Assembly: GCA_025362575.1 (NCBI GenBank)
Contig: JANYIQ010000020.1
Coordinates: 14,450 to 78,449 of the forward strand
Direction: 5' to 3'
Length of the DNA stretch: 64,000 nucleotides
DNA from: Bacteroidia bacterium
Lineage (GTDB): Bacteria > Bacteroidota > Bacteroidia > B-17B0 > Aurantibacillaceae
The position numbers and the translations under genes were made by a program. Below are positions 1 to 9,096 of the stretch, piece after piece; position 1 is the stretch's first letter, and the number at the start of each line of letters is the position of its first letter. The notes beneath the pieces are model-generated. The model ran no database searches. It saw only the letters and a list, made by a program, of their open reading frames with translations, and was not told the DNA's origin.

Positions 1-296
1 ATCAGATCATTAATAAAACTGGCACAGATCGAATTGGCTTCACCTTCCGTTTGAAGTTCAGTTATTTTTGAAGCGATCTCTTCATCATTTAAATCGGCAA
101 TTTTTGAAATTTTATATCCGTTAGATAAAAGTGTGCTAACGTTTAAGAGTTTGCGTACCTGTTCATCATTGTATTTTCTAATGTTGGTAGAAGTACGATC
201 GGGTTCAATAAGGTTATAACGTTTCTCCCAAATACGAATGGTATGCGCTTTGATGCCGGTGAGCTGCTCTAATTCTGCTATTTGGTATGATTTCAT
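1..296 (-). CDS. MerR-family HTH transcriptional regulator (N-terminal part only, runs off the window edge)
   Basis: Not in the ORF track because it is truncated. My translation of the reverse strand from the ATG at 294-296 gives MKSYQIAELEQLTGIKAHTIRIWEKRYNLIEPDRTSTNIRKYNDEQVRKLL..., a typical MerR N-terminal winged HTH. Confidence 0.7.
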   Translation of the reverse strand, partial: MKSYQIAELEQLTGIKAHTIRIWEKRYNLIEPDRTSTNIRKYNDEQVRKLLNVSTLLSNGYKISKIADLNDEEIASKITELQTEGEANSICASFINDL

Positions 297-335
297 CTGT
301 TTAATTAATGATGGGTAAATTTAAACAAAATAACA

Positions 336-752
336 TTATAATACTTCCCATGTGTGATCGCTTAAAAGCTTCACGCTGCTTATAAATTCTAAGTCTGCAG
401 GTTTAGATTTCCCCCATTCATCAGGACCAACAAGCATCATTTTGTGAATGCCGTTTCGTTTATACAAGTGATAGATGTTTCCAACAAAGGGCTCAAAGGC
501 AATGGAAGTAGTGTAAATTTGCTCACTTATTTCCACTCTTTTTTTTATGGCATTGGCCTGATCCAATAATAATTCAACTTGTTTTTGGATCTGACGTAAA
601 TGCATATTGGTTTGTTCGTGCATTGCCGAAAGAGCCCGGGACTTTAATTTCCCCAGATCTTCCGGTTTCACCGCAATACTCCCCACGTAATGCGGATAGG
701 AAATTAATCCCGGGTTTTCGGCTACCTTGTCTTTATCAATTGGATTGATCAT
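336..752 (-). CDS. conserved hypothetical protein (DUF2452-like, recalled from memory), translationally coupled to folE
   Basis: 138-aa ORF. Its ATG (750-752) overlaps the folE stop (752-754) as TAATG. No catalytic motif recognised. Confidence 0.5.
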   Translation of the reverse strand: MINPIDKDKVAENPGLISYPHYVGSIAVKPEDLGKLKSRALSAMHEQTNMHLRQIQKQVELLLDQANAIKKRVEISEQIYTTSIAFEPFVGNIYHLYKRNGIHKMMLVGPDEWGKSKPADLEFISSVKLLSDHTWEVL

Positions 753-1471
753 TAGTATTGAGTTTTTAGATCAATATATTTTAAAAATTCCTGACGCGTT
801 CGATCTTCTTTGAACTTACCGCCATAAAATGAAGTTACAGTAGCAGAACTCTCATCTTTAATACCTCTTGATGAAACGCATAAGTGTTTCGCGTCGATAA
901 TTACGGCAACATCTTCGGTGCCAAGACAGGATTGCAATTCCCTTGCGATCTGAACAGTTAAACGTTCCTGAACCTGAGGGCGTTTCGAGAAATAATTTAC
1001 GATTCGGTTGAGTTTAGATAGTCCTATCACTTTTCCTGAAGTAATGTATGCAACGTGAGCTTTGCCGTATATTGGCACAAAATGATGTTCGCAGTTACTG
1101 TAAAAACTGATTCCTTTTTCAACAAGCATCTGATCGTATTGATATTTGTTATCGAATAGTGCGATCTTCGGTTTGTTTGCCGGATTTAATCCATTGAACA
1201 ATTCGTTAATATACATCTTGGCAACACGATTGGGCGTACCCTTTAAACTGTCATCGTTCAGGTCAAGACCCATCGTCTCCATAATTTCCCTGAAGTGATA
1301 TTCAATTTTTTCGATCTTTTCTTCGTCGCTCATTACAAAGGCATTTGCTTTCATTGGTGTGTCTATGCCGGTGCTGAAGTGCTCATCGCCAATTTCATCT
1401 GAACTCATTGTACTTAATTTTATTTTATTGGAATTAAGCAGAGTATTTAAAGTGGTATCGTTCTGTTTCAT
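752..1471 (-). CDS. folE: GTP cyclohydrolase I (FolE type 1)
   Basis: Conserved zinc/active-site region SNCEHHFVPIYGKAHVAYI and SKRPQVQERLT. The N-terminal extension leaves the start uncertain (alternative Met 21 codons in). Confidence 0.9.
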   Translation of the reverse strand: MKQNDTTLNTLLNSNKIKLSTMSSDEIGDEHFSTGIDTPMKANAFVMSDEEKIEKIEYHFREIMETMGLDLNDDSLKGTPNRVAKMYINELFNGLNPANKPKIALFDNKYQYDQMLVEKGISFYSNCEHHFVPIYGKAHVAYITSGKVIGLSKLNRIVNYFSKRPQVQERLTVQIARELQSCLGTEDVAVIIDAKHLCVSSRGIKDESSATVTSFYGGKFKEDRTRQEFLKYIDLKTQY

Positions 1472-1623
1472 GATTTGATCGCTATTTTTGGTGAAGTTTC
1501 TCGTAAAAATCTCTAATGATCTGATACAAAGGTATATTTATTTTGTTTAATCTTTCATTAAATTTGTTAAACAAAATAATATTCACGTACTTTGCTCATA
1601 ATCAGATTGAAAAAAATCAAAAC

Positions 1624-2088
1624 ATGTTACATACCCTCGAAACGAATCAATTTCTTAAAAGCGATCTGGCCACAGTTTGGGAATTTATGAGTTCGCCTAA
1701 GAACCTAGCCCTTATTACGCCTGCTCATATGAATTTCAAGATCATTGGCGATGAAGCTAAAATCGAAAAAATGTATCCCGGGCAACTTATCGAATACCAC
1801 ATTACTCCGTTATTGAACTTAAAAATGCACTGGGTCACCGAAATAACGCACGTTAAACACTTGTCCTATTTTGTTGATGAGCAACGTAAAGGACCATATA
1901 GCTTATGGCACCATAAACACTTTCTCACAGAAGTAAACGGAGGTGTTGAAATGAAAGATGTAGTGCATTATAAATTGCCCTTTGGCATCTTTGGAAAATT
2001 GGCAAACACGCTTGTGGTAAAAAAACAACTTCAACAGATCTTCGATTTTAGGTACAATAAACTAAACAAAATATTCAATAATAATTAA
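1624..2088 (+). CDS. SRPBCC-family (polyketide cyclase/START-like) protein
   Basis: The ORF track starts at TTG 1543. I prefer ATG 1624 (MLHTLETNQFLKSDLATVWEFMSSPKN...), giving about 154 aa, the usual SRPBCC size and N-terminal pattern. Confidence 0.55.
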   Translation: MLHTLETNQFLKSDLATVWEFMSSPKNLALITPAHMNFKIIGDEAKIEKMYPGQLIEYHITPLLNLKMHWVTEITHVKHLSYFVDEQRKGPYSLWHHKHFLTEVNGGVEMKDVVHYKLPFGIFGKLANTLVVKKQLQQIFDFRYNKLNKIFNNN

Positions 2089-2091
2089 GGT

Positions 2092-2559
2092 ATGAAAAAT
2101 TATTTTAAACTCTTTATTTGTATTTTAATTCCTCTACTCGCAGGCGGCATATCCGGTTTTATCACCGCCGAAAATATTCCGGGCTGGTATGCCACTTTAA
2201 ACAAACCATCCTTCAATCCGCCTAATTATTTGTTTGGCCCGGTTTGGACCATATTATATTTTTTAATGGGACTATCATTGTTCATCGTTTTAAAAAATTC
2301 TAACAAAGAGCAGACTAAAAGTGTAATTATTATTTTTGCACTTCAACTTACTCTTAATTTTTTCTGGAGCATTATCTTTTTCAATTTTAAATTATTGGGT
2401 TTGGCATTGGCAGAGATCATGTTCATGTGGATAATTATACTTTACATGATCGTTAAATTTTACTCCATTCATAAGTTGGCCGGCCTGCTTCAAATACCTT
2501 ACTTGCTCTGGGTAAGCTTCGCTACTGCATTGAATTCGGCTATTTGGCAGTTGAATTAA
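2092..2559 (+). CDS. tspO: TspO/MBR tryptophan-rich sensory protein
   Basis: 155 aa with five TM segments. Signature WYATLNKPSFNPPNYLFGPVWTILY and a Trp-rich C-terminus. Confidence 0.85.
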   Translation: MKNYFKLFICILIPLLAGGISGFITAENIPGWYATLNKPSFNPPNYLFGPVWTILYFLMGLSLFIVLKNSNKEQTKSVIIIFALQLTLNFFWSIIFFNFKLLGLALAEIMFMWIIILYMIVKFYSIHKLAGLLQIPYLLWVSFATALNSAIWQLN

Positions 2560-2605
2560 CTCCTATATAAGGGTCATGCAGAAAACCGTTATATTTACGG
2601 TATAA

Positions 2606-3571
2606 ATGCAAAAAAAATCCCGATCCATATTCGTTATCTATTTGCTCTTCGCCTACATTATAGCTCAATTTTTGTGGTGGGAAATATTGCTGGTGAAACA
2701 AACTTCCAGTATTATTGATGCCAAACAAACCATTGCAGCTTTAAATGCAACCGATCAAATTGATGTAAAACAAAAGATAGATACTTTACAGCACGAGAAA
2801 AAAATGCGCATCTACATGATCGTTGGCGAAGGAACCGTGTTCTTGCTTCTATTATTGGTTGGCGCCTTAAAAATTAAGCGTTATAACGAGCGCGAAGCGG
2901 CAATGGCCAATCAGCAAAAGAATTTTTTACTGAGCGTTACCCACGAATTAAAAACACCAATTGCTGCTACCAAATTGCAATTGCAAACCATTTTAAAGCA
3001 TCAGCTCGATAAGGAAAAAGAAAAGGAACTCATTGAAAATGCTTTAAAAGAAACCGAACGACTCAATAAATTAATTGATAATGTTTTGCTGGCAAGTCGT
3101 ATGGATAATGATCAGATCACTCTGAGCAAAGAAGAAATAAACATTTCGGAATTAGTAAGATCTATTTTAGAAACCTATTTTAAAACAAAACTCCAAAACG
3201 GCGAACTAAAAGAGGATATTGAACCTAATGTTCTTTTGAAAACCGACGCGGTTATTTTCCCATCGCTTATCATTAACTTAATTGAAAATGCAATTAAATA
3301 TTCTTTCGATGCGGTAGATGTATTGGTTAGTTTGAAAAGAACAGCCGGCGGAATTACTTTATCTATTGCCGACAAGGGCTGCGGCATAGGTGATAAAGAA
3401 AAGCAATTGGTGTTTGACAGATTTTACCGTGTTGGCAGCGAAGAAGTAAGGTCAACCAAAGGAACCGGAATTGGTTTGTATATTGTAAAGCAAATTGTCG
3501 ACGCGCATCAGGCAAACATCCAAATTAAGAACAATGCTCCTAAAGGAACGATCATTAATGTTGAATTTTAA
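2606..3571 (+). CDS. sensor histidine kinase (HisKA + HATPase_c), no cognate response regulator nearby
   Basis: H-box SVTHELKTPIAA, N-box LIINLIENAIKYS, G1 DKGCGI, G2 GTGIGLYIVK. Two N-terminal TM segments. Confidence 0.85.
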   Translation: MQKKSRSIFVIYLLFAYIIAQFLWWEILLVKQTSSIIDAKQTIAALNATDQIDVKQKIDTLQHEKKMRIYMIVGEGTVFLLLLLVGALKIKRYNEREAAMANQQKNFLLSVTHELKTPIAATKLQLQTILKHQLDKEKEKELIENALKETERLNKLIDNVLLASRMDNDQITLSKEEINISELVRSILETYFKTKLQNGELKEDIEPNVLLKTDAVIFPSLIINLIENAIKYSFDAVDVLVSLKRTAGGITLSIADKGCGIGDKEKQLVFDRFYRVGSEEVRSTKGTGIGLYIVKQIVDAHQANIQIKNNAPKGTIINVEF

Positions 3572-4706
3572 AGTATTTATTTCCGTATCCTTTCTTTTTT
3601 TGTTGAGTTGTAATAACGCTTCACAAAAAGAAGTAGCTGTTTTGGAAATAAGAATAGAAAAAGATACGCCTCCTGTTTACGCTAAACGTTTTACTTTTGG
3701 TAGAACCAACGGCTACAAAACCCTTTACATATTTGGAAGTCAAAATTCTGCCGATACAACGGCTGTTTTTATTTTGTATCCTAAAACACAAGCAAAACCT
3801 GATCTTATTAAAAATGCTTTTTATGTTGCCACACCAGTTAGCCACGTAGCCTGCATGGGTACGGTTTATTCAACCATGCTCCAAAAATTGAACTTGCTCC
3901 AAACAATTGTGGCTATCGAGAATGTGGATTATTACAATAATGCATTTATCATCGAAGGTGTAAAGCAGTCTAAAATAAAAGAACTTTCGAAAGGCCCCGA
4001 AATAAATGTAGAACAAACTTTGCTTTTACATCCCGACCTGATCATCACCTTCGGAATGGGCGATCCTAAAAAAGACATGAACGATAAAGTGCTTAATGCA
4101 GGTATTCCCGCTGCCATTAGTCTGGATCATCTGGAAGAAACACCCCTGGCCCGTGCCGAATGGATAAAATTTGTAGCAGCTTTTTTTGATAAGGATAAAT
4201 TGGCCGATTCTTTATTTAAGATCACCGAAGCAAATTATAAGGTTTTGAAACTAATTACAGATTCACTTACAGTAAAACCAACAGTATTTACCGACATTAA
4301 ATATGGCGATGCCTGGTACATGCCCGGCGGAAATAGTTATATTGCCAATTTACTGGCCGATGCCGGTGCCAATTATATCTGGAAAGATCAAAAACAAACC
4401 GGAAGCATTCCTTTGAATTTTGAGACCGTTTACACAAAAGCAAAGGATGCCGATTACTGGATCAATATTTACATGGTAAATTCTAAAAAGGAATTACTGG
4501 GTTATGAGAACCGCTATAATTTATTTAATGCTTTTAAAACCGGTAACATCTACAACAACAATAAAATTGCCAATGCAAAAAATTACAGCATTTACTGGGA
4601 AGAGGGCATTTGCAATCCAGATGAGGTTTTAAAGGATCTCATTAAGATATTTCATCCGGAAAGCTCAACGCAACATCAATTAAAGTATTATAAAAAGATT
4701 GAGTAA
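3558..4706 (+). CDS. ABC transporter periplasmic substrate-binding lipoprotein (BtuF/FhuD-like, cluster 8: cobalamin/heme/siderophore class)
   Basis: Start moved to ATG 3558 (MLNFKVFISVSFLFLLSCNN, a lipobox-like LLSC). Followed by a FecCD permease and an ATPase. The start overlaps the kinase stop by 14 nt. Confidence 0.7.
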   Translation: MLNFKVFISVSFLFLLSCNNASQKEVAVLEIRIEKDTPPVYAKRFTFGRTNGYKTLYIFGSQNSADTTAVFILYPKTQAKPDLIKNAFYVATPVSHVACMGTVYSTMLQKLNLLQTIVAIENVDYYNNAFIIEGVKQSKIKELSKGPEINVEQTLLLHPDLIITFGMGDPKKDMNDKVLNAGIPAAISLDHLEETPLARAEWIKFVAAFFDKDKLADSLFKITEANYKVLKLITDSLTVKPTVFTDIKYGDAWYMPGGNSYIANLLADAGANYIWKDQKQTGSIPLNFETVYTKAKDADYWINIYMVNSKKELLGYENRYNLFNAFKTGNIYNNNKIANAKNYSIYWEEGICNPDEVLKDLIKIFHPESSTQHQLKYYKKIE

Positions 4707-4721
4707 ATTTAACCAACGGCA

Positions 4722-4737
4722 TCACGACGAGTCGTGA
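4722..4737. repeat. palindrome TCACGACGAGTCGTGA (same family)
   Basis: 7-bp arms and a 2-nt spacer, in the 35-nt gap between the SBP and permease genes, 4 nt before ATG 4742. Confidence 0.8.
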
Positions 4738-4741
4738 CAGG

Positions 4742-5737
4742 ATGACAAACAAATTCATATTAAATATAATTTTACTTTTGGCAGCAACGGTTGTCTTATT
4801 TTTTGCCAATTTGTTTTTAGGCTCAGTAAATCTTTCGTTCTCCGATCTTCACGATTCAATGGCATCTGTTATTTTTTATCAGATCCGTTTACCAAAATCA
4901 TTCACGGCAGTATTCGCCGGCGCCTCTCTGGCTTTATGCGGCATGCTCATGCAAGCCCTTTTCAGAAACCCGCTGGCCGGACCTTATGTTTTAGGGGTAA
5001 GCAGTGGAGCAAGTTTATTTGTGGCCATTGCCATCATCATCATGAATAACTCCCTGATGGGTTTAAATTATTTCTTAGGCAAAACACTTATTTCAATGGC
5101 TTCCGTAGCCGGAGCATTGCTGGTAACCATTTTGATCTTATTTGTATCTAAAAAAACAAAGAACAACATTACGGTTTTACTGGTAGGTATTATGTTGTCA
5201 CAAATTCTCGGTGCTTTTCAAGGACTCATAGAATTTATGGCGAGTCCAAATACTTTAAAAAGTTTTGTAGTGTGGGGTATGGGTTCGGTAAGCGGTACCG
5301 GCATGAACGACGTGATGATCATGGTACCGGTTTGTCTGCTTGTTTTCCTGGCCTGTTTATTTATGGCAAAACCGCTTAATGCCATTTTACTGAACGAAAG
5401 CTACGCGCAAAATTTAGGAATCAATGTTAACCAATTGCGAACCACTGTAATTATCATCACTGCAGTTTTAACGGGAATAATAACTGCCTTTTGCGGTCCT
5501 ATTGCATTTGTTGGTTTATCGGTGCCAATTGCCTGCCGCTTGCTTTTTAAAACTTCGGATCAGCTGCAGCAAATGGTATATTGTATTTTTATGGGTGCCA
5601 TTGTTTTATTGGTCTGCGATACCTTATGTCAATTGTTAAGCAATAATTTTGCGCTTCCAATAAATACGGTAACAACACTTATTGGTTCGCCGGTGGTTAT
5701 TTATCTTTTATTCAGATCAAAATTAATTGGCCAATGA
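4742..5737 (+). CDS. FecCD/BtuC-family ABC transporter permease
   Basis: 331 aa, about 9-10 TM segments, typical FecCD pattern (GASLALCGMLMQALFRNPLAGPYVLGVSSGA). Confidence 0.85.
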   Translation: MTNKFILNIILLLAATVVLFFANLFLGSVNLSFSDLHDSMASVIFYQIRLPKSFTAVFAGASLALCGMLMQALFRNPLAGPYVLGVSSGASLFVAIAIIIMNNSLMGLNYFLGKTLISMASVAGALLVTILILFVSKKTKNNITVLLVGIMLSQILGAFQGLIEFMASPNTLKSFVVWGMGSVSGTGMNDVMIMVPVCLLVFLACLFMAKPLNAILLNESYAQNLGINVNQLRTTVIIITAVLTGIITAFCGPIAFVGLSVPIACRLLFKTSDQLQQMVYCIFMGAIVLLVCDTLCQLLSNNFALPINTVTTLIGSPVVIYLLFRSKLIGQ

Positions 5738-6441
5738 TAGAGTTAAAGAACTTACATATTGGCTATAAGAATGGACAGATCAGCACCACTGTTTTTTCGA
5801 ATTTGAATGCAAACTTTTCAAAAGGCGAATTAATTGGTTTGGTAGGAAATAATGGAGTGGGGAAATCCACCTTGCTAAAAACCATTTTCGGAAGCATAAA
5901 ACCAATTAAGGGCCAAATAATTTTGGATAACAAAAATAGCTCTGAGTTCTCTTTTCAGGAAATGGCAAAACGCATCTCAGTAGTTTTAACCGATAAGATC
6001 GGGGGCTTTAATTTAACAGCCTTTGATGTGGTGGCTTCGGGGCGCGTTCCTTATTTGAACGCATTTGGGCAATTAAGCGAAGCGGACAGATCGATCATTG
6101 AAAACAGTTTAGAGCAAATTGGCATTTCGGCTTTGGCCTCGAAATTAATTGACGAATTAAGCGATGGGCAGCGGCAAAAAGTAATGATCGCAAAATCGCT
6201 GGCCCAGCAAACCCCGGTAATTGTATTGGATGAGCCCACGGCCTTTTTAGATCATAGCTCAAAGCTTCAGCTTTTCAAGATCATAAAGCAATTATGCAAA
6301 GAGCAAAATAAAACCATTATTGTGTCTTCTCACGACCTCGACATGCTCTTTAAAAACGCCGATAAGATCCTATACCTTAAAGAAGAGGGTGCTTTTGAAT
6401 TTGAAAAACCTGAGCTGATAAAGAATTATTTTACATCCTGA
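5734..6441 (+). CDS. ABC transporter ATP-binding protein (FecE/BtuD-like)
   Basis: Walker A GNNGVGKST, signature LSDGQRQ, Walker B VIVLDEPT. 4-nt overlap with the permease. Confidence 0.9.
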   Translation: MIELKNLHIGYKNGQISTTVFSNLNANFSKGELIGLVGNNGVGKSTLLKTIFGSIKPIKGQIILDNKNSSEFSFQEMAKRISVVLTDKIGGFNLTAFDVVASGRVPYLNAFGQLSEADRSIIENSLEQIGISALASKLIDELSDGQRQKVMIAKSLAQQTPVIVLDEPTAFLDHSSKLQLFKIIKQLCKEQNKTIIVSSHDLDMLFKNADKILYLKEEGAFEFEKPELIKNYFTS

Positions 6442-6483
6442 TCACGAATTGCGAAATAAAATTATTTTAATCCAATAAAAAAA

Positions 6484-6491
6484 CTACTTTT
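6484..6491 (+). promoter_or_regulatory. Bacteroidota-type -7 promoter box TACTTTTG upstream of the SET-domain gene
   Basis: Exact match to the TAnnTTTG consensus, 15 nt upstream of ATG 6506. Confidence 0.4.
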
Positions 6492-6505
6492 GCCATCGTA
6501 AAATT

Positions 6506-6913
6506 ATGGCACTATTAGTTAAGAGATCTCGTTTACCGAAAGCCGGAAAAGGCTTATTTACCACAACAGCTATTAAAAAAGGCACTAAGGTCATCGAATA
6601 TAAAGGTGAAATTATTAAGTGGAACGAATACAAAGAACGCGTTGCAAGAAATCAGGATGGTTATTTATTCTACATCAGCAAGCAACTTTGCATAGATGCT
6701 TTTCAAACACCACAATACAAAGCCCGTTATGCAAATGACGCCGAAGGTTTAAGCAAGATCAAAGGCGTGCGCAACAATTGCGAATATAAAATAGAAGGCA
6801 GCAAATGCTACATCTTTACCCGCAGAGATATTAAAGCCGGAGAAGAGATCTATGTAGATTATACCAAAGATTATTGGAACAGTGTTCGCTACAATATTAA
6901 ACACGGTTTTTAA
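6506..6913 (+). CDS. SET-domain protein (putative protein-lysine methyltransferase)
   Basis: 135 aa. SET-like motifs ARYANDAEG (NHS-like position) and GEEIYVDYTKDYW (ELxxDY-like). Small stand-alone domain. Confidence 0.65.
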   Translation: MALLVKRSRLPKAGKGLFTTTAIKKGTKVIEYKGEIIKWNEYKERVARNQDGYLFYISKQLCIDAFQTPQYKARYANDAEGLSKIKGVRNNCEYKIEGSKCYIFTRRDIKAGEEIYVDYTKDYWNSVRYNIKHGF

Positions 6914-6932
6914 GAAATACAATACATTTTGC

Positions 6933-7583
6933 TTACTCCGTCTTTACTTTCTTAAGTTCCCTTATTATAAAAGGAACAATTACTGCGGCTGGTCCGAACC
7001 AAAGAAACAGTGGGTTAATATGGATCTTATCGGTTTGGTTCACTAAAAATGCAGTGATCGCTCCAATGTAACTTCCCATCATGTTACCCAAATGGATCTT
7101 TAACCAGGAGTTTGGTTTAAAAGGACCTTTTAAAAAATACTTGCAGTTTTTGTAAACGCCTGCCAATCCAAAAGAACCAAAAACAAAAGGAATACTTCCG
7201 CCAAGGTTTCCTGTATTAATAAACATCACCATCCCAAAAATGATCATTCCTATAAATGTAATTCCTGCAGCTATTTCAATGAACCAATCCAGCTTCTCGG
7301 GTTTTTGCCCTAAATGTAAATTTTTAAGTTTTAACGCGCGGTAAGCCACAATGGTAGAGTAATAGGTGAACACCGCAATAAGAAAGAAAAACAAAATGCC
7401 TTTTACGATCGAAAGAAATACACCGGTTACAAATATCACCGTCATGCACCAAAAATAAGCACGGCCAAAGGGTTTATGTTTTGGCGTTCTTTTTCTTAAA
7501 CCAAAAGCAATGGCGCCGAACAAAAGCGCTAAACTTCCGGCAATAACATGAAGGATGACAACGTAATGAATGAACTGAACCAT
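6933..7583 (-). CDS. integral membrane protein of unknown function (possibly DUF2306-like)
   Basis: 216 aa with about 6 hydrophobic helices. No motif I can name with certainty. Confidence 0.5.
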   Translation of the reverse strand: MVQFIHYVVILHVIAGSLALLFGAIAFGLRKRTPKHKPFGRAYFWCMTVIFVTGVFLSIVKGILFFFLIAVFTYYSTIVAYRALKLKNLHLGQKPEKLDWFIEIAAGITFIGMIIFGMVMFINTGNLGGSIPFVFGSFGLAGVYKNCKYFLKGPFKPNSWLKIHLGNMMGSYIGAITAFLVNQTDKIHINPLFLWFGPAAVIVPFIIRELKKVKTE

Positions 7584-7593
7584 TTAAAATTAT

Positions 7594-8907
7594 TTATATA
7601 ATATCACCATATAGATCAAAGTCACTTGCATCTGTTATCTCTACATTTGCAAAATCACCTAAACGAATGTATGTATCTTTTGTAGCTTTTACCAGAACTT
7701 CGTTATCTACATCCGGACTGTCAAACTCGGTTCTCCCAACAAAATGATCTGTTTCTTTACGATCGAATAAAACTTTGTAAGTGTTGCCGATCTTTTTCTG
7801 ATTCAGGTTAAAAGAAATTTCCTGCTGAATTTCCATTACTGCATCGGCACGTTGTTTTTTTATTTTTTCCGATACATTATCTTTCAGTTCGTAAGCATGT
7901 GTATTTTCTTCGTGCGAGTATGTAAAAATTCCAAGGCGATCGAATTTAGTATCCTCTACCCAGCGCAGCATTTCTTCATGATCTTTTTGTGTTTCGCCGG
8001 GATAGCCTGCTATCAAAGTAGTTCTGATGGCAATACCGGGAACTCTGTCGCGGATCTCATTTACAATGTCAATTGTTTTTTGTTTGGTAATGCCGCGGCG
8101 CATACTCTTCAACATGTTATCGCTGATGTGCTGCAAAGGCATGTCCAAATAATTACACACATTCGCTTTTGCATTCATCACATCCAATACTTCCATCGGA
8201 AAGCCACTCGGAAAAGCATAATGCAAACGGATCCAGTCAATGCCTTCCACATCACTTAATTTATCTACCAACGAAGCCAGCTCGCGTTTCTTGTAAATAT
8301 CCAGACCGTAATATGTAAGATCCTGGGCAATTAATAATAATTCTCGGGTTCCTTTTGACGCTAATAATTTGGCACGCTTCACCAGTTCATCGCTCTCCAC
8401 CGAAACGTGTTTGCCGCGCATTAAAGGTATCGCACAAAAACTGCAGGGCCTGTCACAGCCTTCGCTTATTTTAAAATAGGCATAATGCTGAGGTGTGGTT
8501 AACAAACGTTCGCCAACCAACTCATGTTTGTAATCGGCCTTTAATGTTTTTAATATTTTTGGTAATTCACGCGTTCCAAAATAAGCATCTACATCCGGAA
8601 TTTCTTTTTCAAGATCGCCTTTGTAGCGTTCGCTTAAACAACCGGTAACATATAATTTTTCGATGTCGCCGTTCTTTTTGGCTTCTACATAGCGTAAAAT
8701 GGTATCAATGCTTTCTTGTTTTGCATTCTCAACAAAACCGCAAGTATTAATAATAACGATGTTATGGTCATCGTGTTTACTTTCATGTTCAACATCAAAT
8801 TTATTAGCTTTCAGTTGGCCCATAAGCACCTCACTATCCACAAGGTTTTTGCTGCAGCCGAGTGTCACCACATTGACTTTATTTTTTTTGAGGGTCTTAG
8901 TTTTCAT
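7594..8907 (-). CDS. rimO: ribosomal protein S12 methylthiotransferase RimO
   Basis: MTTase N-domain (VNVVTLGCSKNLVDSE), radical-SAM CDRPCSFC, C-terminal TRAM. The 73 N-terminal codons in the ORF track lie in a GC-rich repeat and are rejected. Start set at the ATG ending at 8907 (MKTKTLKKNK). Confidence 0.9.
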   Translation of the reverse strand: MKTKTLKKNKVNVVTLGCSKNLVDSEVLMGQLKANKFDVEHESKHDDHNIVIINTCGFVENAKQESIDTILRYVEAKKNGDIEKLYVTGCLSERYKGDLEKEIPDVDAYFGTRELPKILKTLKADYKHELVGERLLTTPQHYAYFKISEGCDRPCSFCAIPLMRGKHVSVESDELVKRAKLLASKGTRELLLIAQDLTYYGLDIYKKRELASLVDKLSDVEGIDWIRLHYAFPSGFPMEVLDVMNAKANVCNYLDMPLQHISDNMLKSMRRGITKQKTIDIVNEIRDRVPGIAIRTTLIAGYPGETQKDHEEMLRWVEDTKFDRLGIFTYSHEENTHAYELKDNVSEKIKKQRADAVMEIQQEISFNLNQKKIGNTYKVLFDRKETDHFVGRTEFDSPDVDNEVLVKATKDTYIRLGDFANVEITDASDFDLYGDII

Positions 8908-8954
8908 TTGAACGCTAAAGATACTGATTTTTTTGGCGGCTTTTCGGGCTTTCG

Positions 8955-9096
8955 GCTTTAGCTTGTTCGCAAAACAAAATGCTTGTGCGCTGCGGTGGCT
9001 TCCGCTGGTCGCCTCCTCGCTGCTACAGCATTTTTTGTTTTGCTTCACAAGGCTGTCGCCTTTATCCCGGCCGCAAACGGGGCACCAAGATCTGCG
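8955..9096. repeat. GC-rich structured intergenic element, copy A (related to 14515-14712)
   Basis: Long stem 8969-8983 GCAAAACAAAATGCT / 9027-9043 AGCATTTTTTGTTTTGC around a 43-nt GC-rich loop. Collinear blocks are shared with copy B: GTCGCCTCCTCGCT, TTTTGCTT, ATCCCGGCCGCAA. Confidence 0.5.

Noticed and set aside
3495-3557. Longer N-termini offered by the ORF track for the SBP (3495), AMP-ligase (27886), RidA (48009), deoxynucleoside kinase (61448) and SRPBCC gene (1543)
   Set aside because: The internal ATGs give canonical N-termini: a lipoprotein signal, MGITRVFD, MSTDS, a P-loop at residues 5-15, and the standard SRPBCC length. The extensions overlap neighbouring genes or promoter-like AT-rich sequence.
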